NCBI GenBank assembly: GCA_001643675.2
Contig: LSRY02000002.1
Location: 2,170,001 to 2,234,000, forward strand
Direction of reading: 5' to 3'
DNA length: 64,000 bases
From: Monocercomonoides exilis PA203
Taxonomy: Eukaryota > Protista > Preaxostyla
Position 1 is the first letter of the stretch. Every line of letters starts with the position of its first letter. A model generated the notes under the pieces. It made no database searches. It was not told the DNA's origin and saw only the letters and a list, made by a program, of their open reading frames with translations. Made by a program: the position numbers and the translations under genes. This document shows positions 56,901 through 64,000 of the stretch, one piece after another.

Positions 56901-59900
56901 GCTTTAATATTCAAATCAAGAATATTGATTGGCCTAATCTCATCATCGTTTAATGAAGATTTTGTAGAATCATCCAATTCTTTTTCGCTTTCGTCGTCAT
57001 CATCATCCAAACTTTGGTTTGTGCTTGAATCAACACCAAGAAATAAGGCAAAGCACAAAAGCGATTGAAAATGACGTGCCACATCAAATGGCTCATTGTC
57101 CGTTAATGCAGTGAATGAAACAACTTTTCCACTATTACGTTGCACAAGTTGAGGTGGATTTAAAGAAGCAACTGAGCTATTTGAAGCACACAAAGATTGG
57201 CGAAGCTGAATAAGAGGTAATGACCATCCATCAGATGGATGTTGAGCAACATAATCATAAAACTGCTTGCCAAATGGAGAAGAGAAACTTTCAGGTGCAG
57301 CCATTTCCAGTGGAATCAAAAGTGGATATTTTTCACTTACGTATGAAACTTGACTAAGATGATATTCGTGATGTTGTTGGTCAGCTTGCATTAGATGTGT
57401 GCGTTGAGGAGAAGACGGTAATTTCTTCGTTTCTTTTGATGGCTTCTTTCCAACCGCTTTGTTACTTTGACTTGCAGATTTTCTTCCTTTTTGTTTTTTG
57501 GATTTTGAATCCTCATCTTCAATGGCAATCACGCTTGTCTTTTCTGGGACTGAACTAATGTCAAAATCAACAATCGATTTACTTCCTTCTGTAGTGGTGG
57601 TAGTAGTTGTTGTTACGCTGTTCAAAACTGAAAGAGAAGCCAAGAAACTCGCATCAGACAGTTGATTGAGGCATTGCTTTGATTCAGTGAAAATATCGCA
57701 ATGCTCCAATTGATCATCTGTCTTCACATTTTCCCCTTCATCGATCATTTCATCTTCTATTACCATAATATCTTTATTTGCGCTCACTGTTTTCGATGAT
57801 TTAGATCGTTTTGTTTTCCTCTTCTTTGCAGGTATATCATCGGCATCAACAAGCTCTTTGTCTTCATCTATTTCCTTAATTTCAGTTTTATCTTCAGTTT
57901 TGTTTGAAGCATTATCTACTGGCAAAACATTCAACGAAAACAATGTCGGAAATGATTCGCAAAGCAACTAAAAAATGAACATTGGCATCGCGAAAGATTA
58001 TAAATGAAATGAAAAAGACAATGAAGGAAAACGAAAGATAATGAATTATCAAACCTCAATCAAATTCAATCCGTTCAACATTAATTTTTTTGCCCGTCTA
58101 GATTTCTCCTCATTGCCGCCTATAACAAACTGTGGGATGTCTAAATGATAGTAATTCGTTGTTCCATCATTCACCTTTTCAAAGTTTGAAGTTTCTTCAT
58201 CTTCATCTCCTTTCTTATTTCGGCGTTTGTTCTTCGACTTCACTTTTTCATCAGAAAAATTGTCTTCAATTTCTCCTTCGTTTTGCTTCGAAAAGTCGGG
58301 CATCATGATGCATGAGCTTATAAACTCGCACAATCCTATTGAATTCTCCAAAATATCAATTAGCACTCTGAATTGCTTCTTATCTTTCTTCATTCTCTTC
58401 GTTTCTTGTTGGACATCGCTTTCATTTTTATATCGAAGAAACGGAATTAAATGAGACTTGACTTTTCTGTCATTTAACTGCTTCCATTGGCCAAATCCAG
58501 CTGTTATCATCAGTAAAGCATTTGCTGAATCCGAATTACAAAGCAAAAACATGCTGTTTCTAACGATATTGACAACTGACCACTCAGACACTATCGCTTC
58601 TCTTGTTTCAGAAGCACTGGATGAAGAAGAAGAAGCAATAGGCGCAGAAATATGAGAAGATCGGAGCAGTTCAACGAGACGAAGAATTAGCTTTGACTAA
58701 TATCGCGATTTTTGAAAGCATTAACAGCATAATGATAAAAATATTGCATATAAAATTGAATATTCATCAGATATATCATAGAGAACAACATAATTTACTT
58801 ATCAAAATCAAACCATTCTATTCCTGAGCTCAAAATGAGAGCAAGATGGGTGCAAGCTCATGTTGATCAGCAATTGCCATTCGCGGCAAATGTCGTATGT
58901 CAAAAGGGAATTCAGAACTGCGATGGTCAAGCGATTTACGGGATCATCGCTAAACCATGCCAGCAAATCTGCCAGATGTGCATCGCTCAAACGCCTAATG
59001 CCAGTTTTAGCAGAATCTGCCTGTTTTGATTTTGCACGATTATTTGATGCAGCCTCTTGCGAAGCTTCTTCAGTGTTAGCTTGTGACATTTCTTCCATTT
59101 TGGAGCGAAGATACTTTTCAAAGCAGTTGATGATGCGAGAGCGCATTTTCAGAAATCTGCCAAAAATATCTTGTTCTTTGGAAGTATTCAGAAGCGAGAA
59201 AAATCGAAGAAGGTTCATCGCTCGCTTGTTAGAAGGTAAATACTGGCTTATTATCACATCCTCCAACATCATAATCACCATGCTCCTGTAAAATACAAAA
59301 AAACATTTTTGATAAATTGCATAAAAAATCGCAAATAAAAGGAATCTGTATATAAATATAATTTTTATCTGACCTTGAAGTTGGCAAGAATGCGTGTGAC
59401 AGCAGCTTCGAAGGTGTTGAATAGAACACCTTTCGGGCTTCTAAAAGAGATGCGAAGTCAGCCGGTGAAGAAGCTATAACTGAATAGAATTCTTGAAGCA
59501 GAGGTGAAAGAGCTTCTTGGTTTGATGTTGATTGCAGTGCCTCTGTTTTTGTATTTTCCTCAGCTGGAGATGGATAGAACAAATCAAGTTTACCAGCATT
59601 CCACCATCGAAGAAACACGAACGTCACCCAGAAAAATGTTTCTTCTCTATTTCTGTCTTTTTTATCCATCAGACGAGACAAGCACATCGCATACGAACTT
59701 GGTTGAATGCATGTTGGCGATTGCAAACAGAGCGAAAGCATAGATTGAATTGCGGTCAGCCGAACATCTGGAATCTGATCTTCAACACGTGCACATAGAG
59801 GTTCTGAAAAGAATGATAAATAAAGTTCATTTTACAAATAATATAAAAATGAATAATGCATTTATCATTCAAGCAGTATTCATTTTAAGTTAATGAATGA

Positions 59901-61238
59901 TCAGAAATTATAAATTCAAAAAAATAGAAAGTTTACGAAATAACCTTCAAAACGTTTCAACCAAGACTGATCTCGGAAGCATAATGTTGTAATTGTTGAA
60001 ATAAGCGTTGTTCGTATCGTCTCTGAAACATCATTCAATCTTCCTATCCAAAACATGAAAAGTGGATATTGTGCAATGTTTGTTGCATTAACAGGACAGC
60101 CCGGATAAAGAATCATTGCCGATACCAAATTGACAAAAGCAATTCTGTTCGTTTCAATTTCACTCTTAAAAGAAAAAGATTAATACAACAATTTGAAAAA
60201 TCGTTTCAGAAAAGAAATATAAACCTTCATTGCTTGTTCTATCATTGGATAAACAAAAAACAAAGATTCTGGAGAAATTGCATTCAGCTCTACTAAAATA
60301 GAAACAAAATCATCCTTTATTGTAAACGGTACAGGAATTTTCTTTTTCCCTTTTGATTCTTTATATTTTCGAATACTTTCTTCATAAGCCTCAAGCGGAT
60401 CGAACAACATTTTTTCGAAAAAGTGAGACAATGGGCGTTGAAAATATTTTCCGCATCGACGAAATATTTCACGAACCAATGCTAATGTTTCAGGATATTC
60501 ATCTTTTTTCGAAAAATAAATTAAAAACTGTTCAAGTGTTGGACGAGTAATTTCATCTCCTGACGTAATCATATCTTGAAGAATAGATGAAAGAAGAGGA
60601 ATACATGTTGCGTCATTTTGAGAACTTTCAAAGTATATTTGTAACAAAATATTAATAAGTGCGAAATCACAAACTTCGGAATTTGAAGCAATTTCCCAAA
60701 TACTCCAGTGAGGAATTCAGCATCATTAAAATCAAGAACAAGTATAAAAGCCTTCATTTGCTCTAATTTCTCAAGGATTTCAAAAATTTGTGTATAATAT
60801 GGAAACTTGATATCCTTGAGATAACTAAATGTTTGTAGAATCTTCCGAAAAACAACCTTTTGAAATAATTTAGTGTTTTCGCAAAAAAGAATTACATTCT
60901 TAAAAAGAACAATTATAATAAAATTTCAAACTTTTTGTTGGCTTTGCGAAAGTGGAATTTCAGCAACATAAATTCGAAATATTTCTACGATGCACGATAA
61001 GGACATAACAAGAATATCATTTCCCGTGTTTGAAAGAGAAGCTATAAGATTTTCTAACAACGAGTTCACATTATTCACTGTACTTTTATATTTTAATTTT
61101 TTGAGAGTTTCATATAAATCCTTTCATAAAATAGCTCTCATTAAAAGTCATGATAAATTAAGGCACTTATCATACATTAAGATATTTTATAAGTTTTCCT
61201 TGTGTAGTTGGAAATTTAGAACTTAAAGGATCTGACAT
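53996..61238 (-). CDS. PDS5: Sister chromatid cohesion protein PDS5 (HEAT-repeat cohesin regulator), 9 exons
   Basis: Introns 61121-61175, 60857-60931, 60625-60674, 60165-60224, 59804-59944, 59286-59373, 58697-58813 and 57968-58054 (all GT-AG) give one reading frame. Pds5-like motifs: SCIVEIFRIYVAEIP, LKDIKFPYYTQIFEILEKL, WIGRLNDVSETIR, RVEDQIPDVR, RLMDKKDRNREE, LPEYSFSYLIHVLSHHP; basic disordered tail. Confidence 0.9.
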
Positions 61239-61913
61239 ATCTCGAAAAACAAATTATGGTGCTCTCATTTTTTCGAATATCAAAACAATTAAAAAAAAAC
61301 CGATGAATATGAAATATAGAGCATTGAATTTATATGTTTGTATGATACGTTTCTCCAAATAAAAAACAAATATCAAAGTTTATGCTGACATTTTATTTTT
61401 ACGTTTTTTTACACTTTCTTATTCCTCGAAATAACACAAAAAATGCACAAACATAATTTGAATTGTTCGCTAGATAATTATCTTTTATATATTTTTTGTG
61501 AAAAAGAATGAAATAAAAGAATGAAAAAAGAAATTTCATCAAAAACAAAAAGCAAAAAGACCTTCAAAAAAAACAATTTTTCAGTTACGTTAAAAGCTAA
61601 ATATTCGATTGATTAAAAAATAAAACATAAAGTTATGAATAATTAAAATCAACGATTTGCAATCTTCATAAATTTAAAACATATAAAAAAGCAGAAATAT
61701 CAAAACAATAATGAAAATATTCAGTGGATATGTTTCCGCTTATAATATCTTTAATTTCAAAGAGCAAATTTTTCATTTTCATTCACAACGCTCCTCCTGA
61801 TCTTGAATTAAAGTCATGACTTGACAACTAAAAACGATCATGTACCAAATTAAAAAATTGAATTCATATCAGTAAATTTTCAGTCACAATTTTTTAATTA
61901 TTAGTTTTTATAT

Positions 61914-64000
61914 ATGTGTATATTTACAATATCGTTTCTGGTATTTAATTTCGCAAGTTGTGAACTGAAAATTACTGGTTATGAGATCAAAAGATGCACT
62001 GAAAATTATCAATCACTGAACAATTCGTGCTATAATAGGGTTGTGCTTGATTTTTACGTTGACAATAATGATACAGAACAAAGTTTAACTGCGACACTTC
62101 CATCAAGTTTTCTATTTTACATTTTAAAATTTGAAAAAATAATTATTTTAACAACTTTAACCCGTAAAATAGAAATTCAAATATTTTCTGAAACAGGACA
62201 TTCATGGATAACAAAAGAGAATATTAATGTGACAATTAACATTCCTTCGGTTGAATATGGTTCGCTTTTTATAAAAAAAAATATTTAATTAATTTCTTCT
62301 AGAATTTGCATTTATGAACAAGGAAATTATGAAAGAAGGATTTGAAATTGTAGAGGACAGGACTGTACAACGAGCTAACACAGTAGATTGCCCGATCCAG
62401 AATAAATCTCGTTCATTCAAATTATCTGGAAAAGAAATGATTATGTACGAAATATCACAACCTCTTTTAAAAGTTTGTCTCTTTCCCGTTTATCACTTTT
62501 CTATTTTTAAATACTAATAAATATAATAGGGAAATTTTAATATTACAATTTCTGTTTGTGAACGAAATATAACACTTTCTACTTCTTTCTTGAAGCCTGT
62601 CACAAGTAAAACAGAATTAAATGTTTGCGCACTTGCATAATTTTGAAATTACTATTTAATTCATTGCATTTCAAATTATGTCCTTTTTTTTTTATGTACG
62701 AATTATTAAAGTTTTCAAGCAATGAAGTTCTTCTGAAAATGGACAGCAACTTAATTGACTCCCAGGATCACAAAGGAAGTGAAGAGTGGACAGGATCACT
62801 CAATAATTACATTGTGGGTTATATACGTTCAAACATTTCATATGAACCATTGACATTTGAAGAGTTGTTGGAGGGAAGAATCTTCCAGAGCAAAGCCGTG
62901 TGGAAGAATACAGAACTTAAGCGAATTACAGGACGGTTGCAAAACTGTGAGGAAGCTGAAGGAAAGATTGGAATGGAAGAGAAATGCTATTTGATGAGGA
63001 TCAATTGCGACCTTCCAGAAGATGCAATAACAAGTACACATGCCGATTACCCAAAAGAATCGTTTGCTGCTGAAAACATTACGCTTAAAGAGTATTTTAG
63101 TCGCAATAACATAACTTTGGATGGTATGTTCATTGTTAATCTCAAGTGTATTTAAAAAATATGTCTTTTTCTTTTTTATTAGTTTCACAAGATTTCAACA
63201 TCACATCACTTCTTGGTAAAGCCAATCATGCACCAAATTTTTCTTTTCAACTTTGCATTCCTTTAGACGCGCTGTCTCTTGAAGATCAGAACGCAGAACC
63301 CGTTATTGAGTCTATTGGTGCAATGATAGGAATGCAAACAGAAGCATTGGACGGAAGAGCGGATATTCGAGGACCAAAGCTGGTTGGGTTTGTGGATGTG
63401 CTGAACAAAGGAAAGCCTCACGGCGTGACTGTTATGGCGGATAAGTGCAGGCTGGACGAGCGGAGTCCCTTCGACCCAGAAAGAGATGCAGTTGGAACGT
63501 GCCATTCGCTTAGTGTTGAAGGAGGCCCAATCACAACTTATGAATTAGGCGAAGGAGAACTACATAGATTCTATTTCAAGGTCGTTGAGAGTCTCGGAAG
63601 CAAAGACAATGAAGGAAAGAGTTATATGGAGGGAGATATAAAAGGAGGAAAGGACAAATGCGATGAGAATGTTGCAGAAGCAGCCGAAAGAGTTCACTGC
63701 ACCGTTCGAGTTCTGCAAAATGGATTTGAAGAAGATTCGAGAGAAATGTGGTTTGCGGACTACTTAGAGTTTCAGAAAGAAGTTGAAAGAAACAGCACCA
63801 AAAGCAACGCACAACGCAGAATTGGTAGTGTTAGTTCGACAAATAAAATTGTTAACACTGAAAGCGACTCTAACGGTGAAAGCAGTTATGGTCAAATGCC
63901 CACAAAAGAACTTCTGAAGTATTTGTCAAAGTCAAAGAAGGTTGATACTATTTTAGAAGATGATGCTCCTGCAAGTGTCAAAAACGCAGGATTCGTCTGG
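61914..64000 (+). CDS. HAP2/GCS1-like class II fusogen (fusexin) homologue, divergent with shortened domain II; at least 7 exons, 3'-partial
   Basis: Introns 62107-62172, 62260-62302, 62473-62529, 62623-62711, 63124-63182 and 63216-63266 give one open frame to the window end. Signal peptide, then collinear HAP2-like landmarks: IKRC-x10-CYNRVVLDFYV, NINVTINIPSVEYEF...GFEIV, QRANTVDC, MYEISQPLLKGNFNITISV, KIG-x10-C..P, and domain III-like LDALSL...PVIESI...EALDG...VLNKG...C...FYFKV...CTVRVLQNGFEEDSREMWF. TM segment not reached. Confidence 0.72.

Overview
AT-rich eukaryotic (protist) genomic DNA with short spliceosomal introns (about 40-140 nt, often GTTTGA...AG). It uses the standard genetic code: Dna2 and PDS5 end in TAA, others in TGA. 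The gene families and intron style resemble the oxymonad Monocercomonoides; this is an inference. In order, the window holds: (1) a 5'-truncated, apparently intronless giant coiled-coil gene of more than 6,866 aa with internal duplications; (2) an expanded Dna2 nuclease-helicase joined by a 66-nt intron; (3) a 6-exon membrane-anchored S41/CPAF-like serine peptidase, head-to-head with (4) a divergent Skp1-like gene; (5) a ~7.5-kb gene-free transposon graveyard with a foldback-like MITE containing a nested second MITE, a TTAGGG-motif cluster, a dead DDE_Tnp_4 (IS5/Harbinger/ISL2EU-type) transposase, a tRNA-like relic and another long inverted-repeat element; (6) a ~2,580-aa beta-helix receptor-like pseudokinase; (7) a 9-exon PDS5 cohesin regulator; and (8), divergent from PDS5 and running off the window end, a multi-exon HAP2/GCS1 (fusexin)-like gene. 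That last gene keeps domain I and III landmarks and the apparent conserved Glu/Arg pair, but seems to lack the Cys-rich, fusion-loop-bearing tip of domain II. This apparently fusion-loop-less HAP2 is the most interesting observation. All homology calls come from remembered motifs and hand translation; no searches were run.
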